Below the pieces are notes generated by a model, which saw only the letters and a program-made list of their open reading frames with translations, had not been told where the DNA came from and did no database searches. From assembly GCA_036508535.1 (NCBI GenBank), contig DATCHE010000087.1:1878-65877 (forward strand): DNA of 64,000 nucleotides, in the 5' to 3' direction. Positions within the stretch are counted from its first letter, which is position 1. Each line of letters starts with the position of its first letter. The position numbers and the translations under genes were made by a program. Of this stretch, positions 7,333 to 16,767 are shown piece after piece. Origin of the DNA: Bacteroidales bacterium. GTDB taxonomy: Bacteria; Bacteroidota; Bacteroidia; Bacteroidales; VadinHA17.

Positions 7333-10308
7333 ATGAAAAAATATTGGAAAGATATTGAGTCAATAAAAAGTAAAACAGAAACCGACGGTATCAAAAAAAT
7401 ACCTCCAGAAGGAAGTCTGTCTCTCTCCCTTTTTAATGATCTGAAAAACGATTTGCCTGCTTCACGGAGAGACTTTCTGAAATTATGCGGATTCAGTTTT
7501 GCAGTATCCGCATTATCTGCTTGCCAGTCAAAGATAGGGGAAGCGGTACCGTATGTTATAGCCCCGGTAGAAATGACTCCGGGCGAAGCTCTTTATTATG
7601 CTTCAAGTTATATTAATGGAAGCGATTATTGCAGTATAATTGTAAAAACCAGAGATGGCCGCCCAATTAAAATCGAAGGTAATCCTGAATCGGGTGTTAC
7701 CAAAGGTGGTACCAGTGCCAGAGTGCAGGCCTCGGTGCTCGACCTTTACGATACGAGCAGATTTCATGGGCCCTTGAAAGGGGAAAATGCTGCAACATGG
7801 GAAGATATTGATAAAGAAATAACAGAGAAGCTTAATAAAATTGCTGAAGAAAAGGGGAAAATTATCTTGCTTACTCCTACCATATTCAGCCCTTCTACTG
7901 AAACTGCTATTTCAGGGTTTATTGAAAGATTCAAGGGATCAGAATGGGTACAATATGATGCAATTTCATATTCAGCAATTCTTGAAGCTAACAAGATAAG
8001 CTTCGGGAAGCAGGTTATTCCAGACTACCGCTTCGACAAAGCCAATCTTGTTTTAAGTATTGGTGCTGATTTTCTTGGCACCTGGCTGTCACCAATCGAA
8101 TATACAAAACAGTTTAGTTCGGGAAGAGATCCGGAACGCGATATGAATTGGCTTATTCAGATGGAATCAAATCTGAGTCTTGCCGGGAGCAATGCGGACA
8201 ACAGAATTCAGATTAAACCTTCTGATGAACTATCAATTTTATTGAATATATATAAAGATGTTATACAACATGTCGAAAATTACAATTTTGATGCGCCGGT
8301 CTCACCTGTTGCTATAAGCGAAATATCAAAAAAACTTATTTCCTCAGTAGGGAAATCGATAGTCATATCCGGTTCAAATGTTAAGGAGATTCAACTACTT
8401 GTAAACGAAATCAACAGATTGTTGGGAAATATCGGAAACACTATATTGTTCGATTCGTATCTGCGCACCCATGCGGCTATTGATGATGATATGGAAAAAC
8501 TTGTCGGCAGGATGAACCGGGGCGAGGTAAAGGCGCTCATCGTATGGAACACAAACCCTGCATATACCTGGTATAACAGAACTGCCTTTAAAGAAGGTGT
8601 TAAAAAGGTTGATCTCACAGTGTCCCTTTCCGGTTCTCCTGATGAAACGAGTGTCCTGCTTCAGTATGCATGCCCCGATAACCACTATCTTGAAAGCTGG
8701 AATGATTCTGAACCAAAAAAGAATCTCTACAGTCTCATGCAACCTGCTATCAGCCCTATATTTAATACGCGGCAGATGGCTGACACGTTATTGAAATGGG
8801 CAGGTAATCCGGCTGGTTTTTATGATGTTATCAAAGAGCATTGGACTGACAACCAGATGAAGATGCAACGCGAGTTTTCTGACGCAGTTGGTTTTTTTGA
8901 CCATGCTTTGCAAAAAGGCGTTTTTGAACCAGCAGTGGGACATATTGAAAATAAGCTGGTTGCTAATGGAGTGAGCACTAACTCTTTTACCCCGGGTTCT
9001 TTAAATAAAAGTACCCCGGAAGTGAAAAGCAGCTTTGAAATTGTATTGTATGAAAATATTGCTGTTGGAGAGGGCAGACAATCAAATAATCCGTGGCTTC
9101 AGGAATTGCCCGATCCGGTAACCAGGATCTGCTGGGACAATTATGCTTCAATCTCCCCGGCTCAGGCAAAAGAGTATAGTTTGAGCGATAATGATGTTAT
9201 TAATTTAGGCGGAGTTGAATTACCAGTGCATATTCAGCCAGGACAGTGTTACGGAACAATCGGAATTGCACTTGGTTATGGACGCACAACCTCAGGAAAG
9301 GTAGGGGCAGGTACAGGAACTGATGTATGGCAGATGCTGTCGTTACAAAATGGTAATATAGTATTTAACGCCAAACAGAATGATATTGTGAAGACCGGCA
9401 AGACATACCCTTTTGCTCAGACACAGACACACCATAGCATGGAAGGAAGAGCGTTTGTCCGGGAAGCGGAACTTAAAGAATTCAGGACCAATCCGACTGC
9501 AGGTAATGAATTACATGCCTATAATACTGAACATAACAAGAGCCTGTATAAAGAGAGGAAATACCCTCATCATCATTGGGGTATGGCAATAGACTTGAGC
9601 AAATGTACAGGATGTGCCAATTGCGTTATTGCCTGCCAGGCTGAAAATAATGTGCCCGTGGTCGGAAAAGACGAAGTACACCGTGTTCACGAAATGCAAT
9701 GGATAAGAATTGACAGGTATTACACTGGAAGCGAGAATAATCCTGAAGTAGTATTCCAGCCTGTCTTATGTCAGCATTGCCAGAATGCTCCCTGTGAAAA
9801 TGTTTGTCCTGTTGCTGCTACAAACCATAGCTCTGAAGGCTTGAATCAGATGATTTACAACCGCTGCTTTGGAACCAGATACTGCAACAATAACTGTCCT
9901 TATAAGGTAAGGAGATTTAACTGGTTCAATTATACGGGATCAGGAACTCTGGCAGGTAATCTGAGGGACAAGGAAGGAATGACAGGAGACCTCAGACGAA
10001 TGGTTCTCAACCCTGATGTAACAATTCGCCCCCAGGGAGTCATAGAGAAATGTTCGTTCTGTGTTCAGCGTATCCAGGCTGCTAAACTGAAGGCTAAAGT
10101 GGAAAACAGAGCACTTTTGGAAAATGAAATCCAGACTGCCTGCTCGCAAAGTTGTCCTGCAAACGCTATTGTATTTGGCGATATGAATGACCTGGAAAGT
10201 GAACTTAACAGATTGATCAGCAACGGACGGCGTTATAATCTTCTTGAGGAATTATTCACCATGCCTTCAGTAAATTACCTGACCAAAATTAAAAACAAAA
10301 TTTTATAA
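7333..10308 (+). CDS. actB: Alternative complex III subunit ActB (molybdopterin-oxidoreductase-like half plus 4-cluster FeS half)
   Basis: 991 aa. Twin-arginine signal SRRDFLK is followed by LSAC. Ferredoxin motifs are CTGCANCVIACQAENN, CQHCQNAPCENVCPV, CNNNCPYKVRRFN and CSQSCPANAIVFGD. Confidence 0.9.
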   Translation: MKKYWKDIESIKSKTETDGIKKIPPEGSLSLSLFNDLKNDLPASRRDFLKLCGFSFAVSALSACQSKIGEAVPYVIAPVEMTPGEALYYASSYINGSDYCSIIVKTRDGRPIKIEGNPESGVTKGGTSARVQASVLDLYDTSRFHGPLKGENAATWEDIDKEITEKLNKIAEEKGKIILLTPTIFSPSTETAISGFIERFKGSEWVQYDAISYSAILEANKISFGKQVIPDYRFDKANLVLSIGADFLGTWLSPIEYTKQFSSGRDPERDMNWLIQMESNLSLAGSNADNRIQIKPSDELSILLNIYKDVIQHVENYNFDAPVSPVAISEISKKLISSVGKSIVISGSNVKEIQLLVNEINRLLGNIGNTILFDSYLRTHAAIDDDMEKLVGRMNRGEVKALIVWNTNPAYTWYNRTAFKEGVKKVDLTVSLSGSPDETSVLLQYACPDNHYLESWNDSEPKKNLYSLMQPAISPIFNTRQMADTLLKWAGNPAGFYDVIKEHWTDNQMKMQREFSDAVGFFDHALQKGVFEPAVGHIENKLVANGVSTNSFTPGSLNKSTPEVKSSFEIVLYENIAVGEGRQSNNPWLQELPDPVTRICWDNYASISPAQAKEYSLSDNDVINLGGVELPVHIQPGQCYGTIGIALGYGRTTSGKVGAGTGTDVWQMLSLQNGNIVFNAKQNDIVKTGKTYPFAQTQTHHSMEGRAFVREAELKEFRTNPTAGNELHAYNTEHNKSLYKERKYPHHHWGMAIDLSKCTGCANCVIACQAENNVPVVGKDEVHRVHEMQWIRIDRYYTGSENNPEVVFQPVLCQHCQNAPCENVCPVAATNHSSEGLNQMIYNRCFGTRYCNNNCPYKVRRFNWFNYTGSGTLAGNLRDKEGMTGDLRRMVLNPDVTIRPQGVIEKCSFCVQRIQAAKLKAKVENRALLENEIQTACSQSCPANAIVFGDMNDLESELNRLISNGRRYNLLEELFTMPSVNYLTKIKNKIL

Positions 10309-10326
10309 GGACCAATTATATTTCGT

Positions 10327-11709
10327 ATGAATCAATCTCCTCTACGGGCCCCCTTGATTGAAGGCCGCAAGACATACCAGAGCATTACCAGCGACATCAT
10401 TAACCCGATGATTCAGAAGGCAGGTAAATTCTGGTACCTGGGGATGACGATATCTACTCTTGCTATGCTGTTTGGACTATATATGATTTTCTGGACTGTA
10501 TGGCAGGGCATTGGTACATGGGGAGAAAACCGTACTGTAGGATGGGCTTTTGAGATAACCACTTTTGTCTGGTGGATTGGGATCGGCCATGCGGGTACCT
10601 TTATTTCTGCAATACTTCTGCTTTTCAGACAGAAATGGAGAAACAGCATCAACCGATCGGCAGAGGCAATGACCATATTTGCTGTCATCTGTGCAGCATT
10701 ATTCCCTCTTATCCATCTGGGGCGCCCGTTGCTTACATTTTTCATATTTCCCTACCCGAACACAAGAGGACTTTGGGTTAACTTTAATTCTCCTTTAGTA
10801 TGGGATGTCTTTGCCATTTCAACCTATTTTACTATTTCACTGGTATTCTGGTATGTAGGCTTGATTCCTGATATTGGTACTGTGCGCGACAAAATCAAAA
10901 AAGGACTAAAAAAGAATATATACAATTTTCTAAGCTTCGGGTGGAAAGGATCTGCAAGAGACTGGCACAGGCATGAAATTACTTCCATTATGCTGGCAGC
11001 GATTGCTACTCCTCTTGTTCTGTCAGTGCATAGTATTGTAAGTATGGACTTTGCCTCTGCGATTGTTCCGGGATGGCATACCACTATTTTCCCTCCCTAC
11101 TTTGTTGCAGGTGCAATATTCTCTGGATTTGCCATGGTGCAAACCCTTTTGATAATCACAAGAAAAGCTATGGGTCTTGAGGATTATATTACTGTTGGGC
11201 ATGTGGAAAACATGAATAAAATTCTTATTGCAACAGGATCTATTGTAGCCCTGGCATATGGAACGGAAATGTTTATGTCGTGGTACTCAGGTAATGAATA
11301 TGAGCATTATGCATTTTTAAACCGGGCGACAGGACAATACTGGTGGGCATATGTAATAATGATCGTCTGTAATGTAGTATCATCTCAACTATTATGGATT
11401 AAGAAACTTCGGACCAGTCTTATATTTACCTTTTTTCTGTCAATTGTGATAAATATCGGAATGTGGTTCGAACGATTCGTTATAATAGTATCTTCACTTC
11501 ACAGGGACTATCTTACATCAAGCTGGACAATGTACAAACCAACAATAGTTGAGTTTGGGTTACTAATCGGGACCCTGGGCATCTTCTTCTCTGCATTTTT
11601 TCTTTTCATAAGGATATTCCCCGTGATTTCAATATTTGAGGTAAAGTCGATCCTGAAAACAACGGGTGAAAAAACACAAAATAATGAGCGGGACCATGAG
11701 AACCAGTAA
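10327..11709 (+). CDS. actC: Alternative complex III subunit ActC (NrfD/PsrC-like quinol-interacting membrane subunit)
   Basis: 460 aa polytopic membrane protein with about 10 TM segments, directly after actB as in ACIII operons. Confidence 0.88.
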   Translation: MNQSPLRAPLIEGRKTYQSITSDIINPMIQKAGKFWYLGMTISTLAMLFGLYMIFWTVWQGIGTWGENRTVGWAFEITTFVWWIGIGHAGTFISAILLLFRQKWRNSINRSAEAMTIFAVICAALFPLIHLGRPLLTFFIFPYPNTRGLWVNFNSPLVWDVFAISTYFTISLVFWYVGLIPDIGTVRDKIKKGLKKNIYNFLSFGWKGSARDWHRHEITSIMLAAIATPLVLSVHSIVSMDFASAIVPGWHTTIFPPYFVAGAIFSGFAMVQTLLIITRKAMGLEDYITVGHVENMNKILIATGSIVALAYGTEMFMSWYSGNEYEHYAFLNRATGQYWWAYVIMIVCNVVSSQLLWIKKLRTSLIFTFFLSIVINIGMWFERFVIIVSSLHRDYLTSSWTMYKPTIVEFGLLIGTLGIFFSAFFLFIRIFPVISIFEVKSILKTTGEKTQNNERDHENQ

Positions 11710-12205
11710 TTACATATCAATATTTTTTGATGATGAGGTTCCTTTACTTCAGGCAGTTGGCAAGCTCAGAGAGAATGACTTGTCTATCATTGACGTACTG
11801 TCTCCGTTTCCTGTTCATGGACTCGATGAAGCGCTGGAAATAAAAAGATCCAGGATCCCTGTTGTTGGTTTTATTTTTGGAGCTCTTGGTGCAGTACTGG
11901 CTTTTGGTTTTCAGGCATGGGTCTTTACTGTCAGTTATCCCCTGATAATCGGAGGGAAGCCATTCTTTTCTGCCCCTGCCTTTATTCCGATAACTTTTGA
12001 AATGACTGTTCTATTCTCAGGACTGGCAATGGTAGCTGCATTTTTAATAAGGTCCAGATTGAAACCCGAAATTAGATTTGAATCAGTTAATGAGAGAGTT
12101 ACAGATGACAGGTTTGTAATCCTTGTAGCCGCACAGGATGTAGAATCAACTTTGAAAAAGGTCAAATCTCTTTTAGAGGGGATTCGGACTATTGAAATAA
12201 GTTAA
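11696..12205 (+). CDS. actD: Alternative complex III subunit ActD (DUF3341-like)
   Basis: Soluble N-domain (ISIFFDDEVPLLQAVGKLRE) plus 2 TM segments. Start is uncertain: ATG at 11684 or 11696. The track start at 11666 overlaps actC by 44 nt. Confidence 0.78.
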   Translation: MRTSNYISIFFDDEVPLLQAVGKLRENDLSIIDVLSPFPVHGLDEALEIKRSRIPVVGFIFGALGAVLAFGFQAWVFTVSYPLIIGGKPFFSAPAFIPITFEMTVLFSGLAMVAAFLIRSRLKPEIRFESVNERVTDDRFVILVAAQDVESTLKKVKSLLEGIRTIEIS

Positions 12206-12221
12206 ATTGACGATTGCAACC

Positions 12222-13385
12222 ATGGATGAACAATTCAATTTTAAGAAAAAGTACCGGATTATCCTGTTAATTGCAATAGCTGCCTCAGTTATGGTTGCAG
12301 TGACATCAATTCTAATATCCAACTCCGGAGCTTCAAGAGTTTGGGCTAACGTGTTACTTAATAATCAGTTTTTTCTTGGTCTCTCCCTTGGTGCTGCTTT
12401 TTTCATGGCTGTCCACCGGTTAGGACTTTCAGGCTGGCACACTGTGCTTCAACGATTACCTGATGCAATGACAACTTTTCTTCCCTTAGCCTTTATCCTG
12501 ATGCTCCTGATATATTTTGGAATGCACGATTTGTTTATCTGGTCTGATAACAATGGAACAGACAAGGTTATTGAAGGGAAGAAAATGTGGTTAAACATTC
12601 CATTTTTCTTTATCAGATTGGTAATTTATTTTATTGGATGGATAGTACTCACATGGTTAATGAGAAAAAATTCCAATGCCATGATGACTTCAACTGATCT
12701 GAAATTTGATAATCGCAGAAAATTATTTGCAGGACTTTTTCTTGTTTTTTATGCGATTACCGTCTCAACAAGCAGCTGGGATTGGATTATGTCACTTGAT
12801 GCACGCTGGTATAGTACTGTATTTGGCTGGTATGTTCTGATAGGGATGTTCGTAACTTCACTGGCGTTCATTATATTGCTCATTTGGTTGCTTAAACGTC
12901 TGGGATATCTGAAATATATTCGTACCGACCATATTCATGATATGGCTATTTTGTTATTTTCGTTTAGCATATTCTGGACCTATTTATGGTTTTCTCAATA
13001 TGAACTTATCTGGTACGGTCATTTGCCTGAGGAAACATCTTATTATATTGAAAGGGTTCACTATTTTAAAGCTATTTTCTTTATAAATCTGGGGATAAAT
13101 TTTTTAGTTCCTTTCTTTGGACTCATAACCTTTAAATCTAAAAGAAAAATGGGCTGGGTCGCAATAATCGCAGCTATAGTATTTGCAGGACATTGGCTTG
13201 ATTATTGGCTGATGATAATGCCGGCTGCTGCAGGAGAAAAGGCAGGCATTGGAGTACTTGAAATTTGCATGACAATAATTTATGCATCCCTCTTCATTTT
13301 TATTGTACTCAGATCTTTGTCAAAGGGGCCAATTATAGTAAAAAATGATCCATATCTTGAAGAAAGTCTTACTTATGAATCGTGA
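12222..13385 (+). CDS. actF: Alternative complex III membrane subunit ActF
   Basis: Polytopic membrane protein. SRVWANVLLNNQFFLGLSLGAAFFMAV matches my memory of Bacteroidota ActF. The ATG at 12222 is preferred over the track TTG at 12207. Confidence 0.72.
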   Translation: MDEQFNFKKKYRIILLIAIAASVMVAVTSILISNSGASRVWANVLLNNQFFLGLSLGAAFFMAVHRLGLSGWHTVLQRLPDAMTTFLPLAFILMLLIYFGMHDLFIWSDNNGTDKVIEGKKMWLNIPFFFIRLVIYFIGWIVLTWLMRKNSNAMMTSTDLKFDNRRKLFAGLFLVFYAITVSTSSWDWIMSLDARWYSTVFGWYVLIGMFVTSLAFIILLIWLLKRLGYLKYIRTDHIHDMAILLFSFSIFWTYLWFSQYELIWYGHLPEETSYYIERVHYFKAIFFINLGINFLVPFFGLITFKSKRKMGWVAIIAAIVFAGHWLDYWLMIMPAAAGEKAGIGVLEICMTIIYASLFIFIVLRSLSKGPIIVKNDPYLEESLTYES

Positions 13386-13404
13386 AAGTAAACCATACCT
13401 GAAA

Positions 13405-14019
13405 ATGCAACGTTTATTGCGGATATTAATTAGAATATCATTTATTATACTTGCCGGAGGTATTCTTTCTTCGTGCGACAGGCAAAGAAATATAAGAGGA
13501 TACGACTTCATCCCTGATATGTTCTATTCCAGGGCGTACGAAACATATTCTGAGAATCCGAATTTTAAAGACAGTGTTACTATGAGAGATCCGGTTGCCG
13601 GGACTGTACCCAGAGGATACACACCTTTCAGGTACACGATTGATTCTTTGTCACGTGCTAAAGCCGGGAAAGAATTGGTTAATCCATTTTTGCCAACAGA
13701 AGATAATACAAGCAGGGGAAAACTTGTCTATACAACATTCTGTATTGTTTGCCATGGTTCCCTTGGTAAAGGCGATGGTCAGCTTTACAGCAGCGGCCTT
13801 TACCCATTAAAGCCCAGAGAAATTTCTGGGGTTCCAACATCATTGTTAAAGGATGGTCAGATATATCATACCATAACTCTTGGATTTGGCTCAATGGGGG
13901 CTCATGGAGCACAGATCAGACCTGATGACAGATGGAAGCTGGTTCTTTATGTCAGAGTACTGCAGAACAAAGCACAGATAGAAAGAGACTCAATAGCTGG
14001 ATTAAAGAAAACAAATTAG
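13405..14019 (+). CDS. actE: Alternative complex III monohaem cytochrome c subunit ActE (lipoprotein-type signal)
   Basis: Single CIVCH motif. With the start at 13405 the N-terminus MQRLLRILIRISFIILAGGILSS|C is a lipoprotein signal. Alternative starts are 13345 and 13375. Confidence 0.75.
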   Translation: MQRLLRILIRISFIILAGGILSSCDRQRNIRGYDFIPDMFYSRAYETYSENPNFKDSVTMRDPVAGTVPRGYTPFRYTIDSLSRAKAGKELVNPFLPTEDNTSRGKLVYTTFCIVCHGSLGKGDGQLYSSGLYPLKPREISGVPTSLLKDGQIYHTITLGFGSMGAHGAQIRPDDRWKLVLYVRVLQNKAQIERDSIAGLKKTN

Positions 14020-14041
14020 TCCTTGCTTCTGCAAAAGGGTA

Positions 14042-14917
14042 TCAGATTAGTATTCGGTCTGAGATCAAAAGAATCATTATAAGTAAAAAGTAAAGATCGA
14101 GGGAAATGGAATATTTTTTGTAACTATATTTCCCCGGTTGTGATTTTAATAAATCAACAAACTGCCATATCATAAACGCTGAACCAGTCATTAGAATCAG
14201 GATAATAAGCCTGTTTTGAATAATCTCGAAAACGCATAGGAAAAGAGCGGCAACTACTGAAGCTATTATCCATGTAAATGTCAATCTGTTTATCTGACTT
14301 AATTTGAATATATCCTTAAGAGTGGGGATCCCTGCTTTTTTATACTCATCGCCATATTTCAGGATCATTAGCCAGAAGTGAGGGATCTGCCCGATGAAAA
14401 ACAGAAATTCAAGAAAGATTATCGGTTTGTCCCAGATTCCACCTCCAGCAGCGACCCAGCCAATGAGAGGCGGTAAAGCGCCTGTTAAAGCCCCCGGGAC
14501 TACTGCAAAGGCTGTAATTCTCTTGGAATAAGTATATACCCCGTTATACCATAAAACTGTTAGAAGCCCTATTGTGGCAGCTTTTAGATTTCCAGCCGTA
14601 TAAATAAGCACCGTACCGGCAACCAGATTTATAAAGAAGAAAATTATTGCCTTTTGAATGGTTATTTTTCCTGCCGGAATTGGCCTGGAATATGTTCGGT
14701 TCATCTTTCTGTCCAACTCAACTTCCTGTACCTGGTTTAAAACAGAAGCTGAAACCGCCATTAAAAGAACTCCTAAACTGGTTAAAAATATTCTAACAGA
14801 CAGATGCGGATCGAAAATAAAATATCCCGTAAATCCTGTCAGACTTACCGGGACCATAATGTTAAGTTTACAAAGTTCCAGATAAGGGGAAAGATTATTT
14901 GTTGTGTTTTTAATCAT
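14042..14917 (-). CDS. ctaB: Protohaem IX farnesyltransferase (haem O synthase)
   Basis: 291 aa UbiA-family polytopic protein. Contains LNQVQEVELDRKMNRTYSRPIPAG. It is the last gene of the oxidase operon and overlaps coxII by 8 nt. Confidence 0.85.
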   Translation of the reverse strand: MIKNTTNNLSPYLELCKLNIMVPVSLTGFTGYFIFDPHLSVRIFLTSLGVLLMAVSASVLNQVQEVELDRKMNRTYSRPIPAGKITIQKAIIFFFINLVAGTVLIYTAGNLKAATIGLLTVLWYNGVYTYSKRITAFAVVPGALTGALPPLIGWVAAGGGIWDKPIIFLEFLFFIGQIPHFWLMILKYGDEYKKAGIPTLKDIFKLSQINRLTFTWIIASVVAALFLCVFEIIQNRLIILILMTGSAFMIWQFVDLLKSQPGKYSYKKYSISLDLYFLLIMILLISDRILI

Positions 14918-15854
14918 GAAGCGACTTCAGGTAAACAATTATTTTCTCAATGTCATTATCACTCAGTGAATTTCTATAGCTCTGCATCAGTCCTTTCTGA
15001 AACCCCTTAACCACTTGATAATTAGGATCGATAATACATTGTTTAATATATGCTTCGTCTGCTTTTACAGTCATCTCTTTGCCGTCTTTTATCACAACCA
15101 TCTGAGATCCGAACAGATTTAAATAACTTGGACCGATAAGCTTAGTTCCATCCGGAGTATGGCATGCGAAACAGCCCTGTGATTTCATAATAGCTTCTCC
15201 CACAGCACCGGGTCCTGTACCTGTTGTCGTAATAACCTTAGTTGTATCTATATACCAATGATCGAATTTGTCTTTTGGCAGTACTGTAACTTTTGAATGC
15301 ATATAAGAGTGTTGCACTCCACAATACTCGGCACAGTATATTTTGAACTCCCCTTCAGTCTGAGGAAGAAACCACATGTATTTTTCTCTTCCGGGTACAA
15401 TATCGGACTTTATTCTGAAATCAGGAATGTACAGGCTGTGAATGACATCCAATGAAGTAAGTTTGATTTTGACAGGAGTATTCAATGGAACAATCAGATC
15501 GGGACTTTGCTTTCCATTTTCATACAGAAACATAAAATTCCACATTCTTGCAATGCACACTACATTCATGGCATCTTTGGGAGCCTGGGTTGTAGGCTTC
15601 CATCCTTTCCACCCATAAAAAAACATTGTTAGTGCAAGAATAACCGGTACAACTGTCCAGACAATCTCTAATGGTAGGTTTCCTTCATTCTGGATAGCGG
15701 TTTTGTTCTTTTTCTTATTATATCTGAAGACAAAATAGAGCATAGTAAACGTTAGCCCGGTCAGGAGCAGTAACGAGATACCTGCAATAAGATAAAATGA
15801 TGTATTGAAAGTAGATACAAAATTCGAGGCATCGATTCCAGTGGTTGAATACAT
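14910..15854 (-). CDS. ctaC: Cytochrome c oxidase subunit II with fused C-terminal cytochrome c (caa3 type)
   Basis: 314 aa with two N-terminal TM segments. CuA ligands are LDVIHSLYIP and CAEYCGVQHSYM. The C-terminal haem site is CFACH. Confidence 0.9.
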   Translation of the reverse strand: MYSTTGIDASNFVSTFNTSFYLIAGISLLLLTGLTFTMLYFVFRYNKKKNKTAIQNEGNLPLEIVWTVVPVILALTMFFYGWKGWKPTTQAPKDAMNVVCIARMWNFMFLYENGKQSPDLIVPLNTPVKIKLTSLDVIHSLYIPDFRIKSDIVPGREKYMWFLPQTEGEFKIYCAEYCGVQHSYMHSKVTVLPKDKFDHWYIDTTKVITTTGTGPGAVGEAIMKSQGCFACHTPDGTKLIGPSYLNLFGSQMVVIKDGKEMTVKADEAYIKQCIIDPNYQVVKGFQKGLMQSYRNSLSDNDIEKIIVYLKSLHD

Positions 15855-15859
15855 AAAGC

Positions 15860-16144
15860 TTATCTATTAAGGTAGTCCAGAAGAGTAATACAAATAACCG
15901 CCGTGATGAGCAAAACAACCGCTATAACTATAAATGAAAACATTTTGTTTTCAAACTTAAGATGCATAAAAATACGTAAAACAAATGTGGATTTGACAGT
16001 CGCTATTATAAGAGCAATAGCAACGGTAAAAGTACCAACTGATATTTGTGTCACTGCAACGGAAGTTAGTGTTAGGCAGACTAACCCTAATAGTACAAAA
16101 AGGAACGTTCTGTAAGGAATTATATGGGTATTTTCATTTTCCAT
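15860..16144 (-). CDS. Small cytochrome c oxidase subunit (prokaryotic subunit IV-like)
   Basis: 94 aa with 3 TM segments, placed between coxIII and coxII. The call rests on size, topology and context. Confidence 0.6.
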   Translation of the reverse strand: MENENTHIIPYRTFLFVLLGLVCLTLTSVAVTQISVGTFTVAIALIIATVKSTFVLRIFMHLKFENKMFSFIVIAVVLLITAVICITLLDYLNR

Positions 16145-16158
16145 TCTTCATAAATTAA

Positions 16159-16767
16159 TCAGGTAATGAGATAAAACAAAGGGAAGAGGAATATCCAGAT
16201 GAGGTCAACAAGGTGCCAGTATAAACCACTGTTTTCAAGCAAAACATAATTATCGAAAGTAATTTTATTTCGACTGATTTTTACAGCTATAACCGTAATA
16301 AAAACCAATCCGATTACTATGTGCAGAGCATGAAGCCCGGTCATGAAAAAGTATAAACCATAGAAAAGCACATCTCCATGGCCGCGAAGCGCCAGAACGG
16401 CTGAGCCCGGGTAAATATGTTCTTTAATATGACCGCCCCACTCAAAGTATTTATTTATGAGAAAAGCAATTCCAAGAAGTATTGTCATCCCCAGCAGCGC
16501 TAAAGCAAGTTTTTTGTTCTTCGTCTGGATAGCTGTGACTGACATCGCAATCGTTGTACTACTAATTAAAAGGATAATGGTATTTATTGTTCCGATGCCT
16601 ACACTCAGCTCTTCAGCAGCAAGATGAAATGCGACAGGATTTCTGAATCGGTAAACAGAATAAACCACAAATAATCCGCCGAATAAAAGCATTTCTGTAA
16701 AAAGGAACAACCACATTCCTGTCTTCGATGCCAGATCGTCGCGGTGTATTTCTTTTACTATGCTCAT
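16159..16767 (-). CDS. ctaE: Cytochrome c oxidase subunit III
   Basis: 202 aa with 5 TM segments. Contains TGLHALHIVIGLVF and overlaps coxI by 4 nt. Confidence 0.85.
   Translation of the reverse strand: MSIVKEIHRDDLASKTGMWLFLFTEMLLFGGLFVVYSVYRFRNPVAFHLAAEELSVGIGTINTIILLISSTTIAMSVTAIQTKNKKLALALLGMTILLGIAFLINKYFEWGGHIKEHIYPGSAVLALRGHGDVLFYGLYFFMTGLHALHIVIGLVFITVIAVKISRNKITFDNYVLLENSGLYWHLVDLIWIFLFPLFYLIT

Noticed and set aside
7764-10149. Multiple 60-115-aa minus-strand and alternative-frame ORFs inside actB (for example 8395-8742 and 8597-8794)
   Set aside because: All are embedded in the 991-aa ActB frame, which carries Tat, Mo-oxidoreductase-like and FeS motifs. The embedded translations are featureless.
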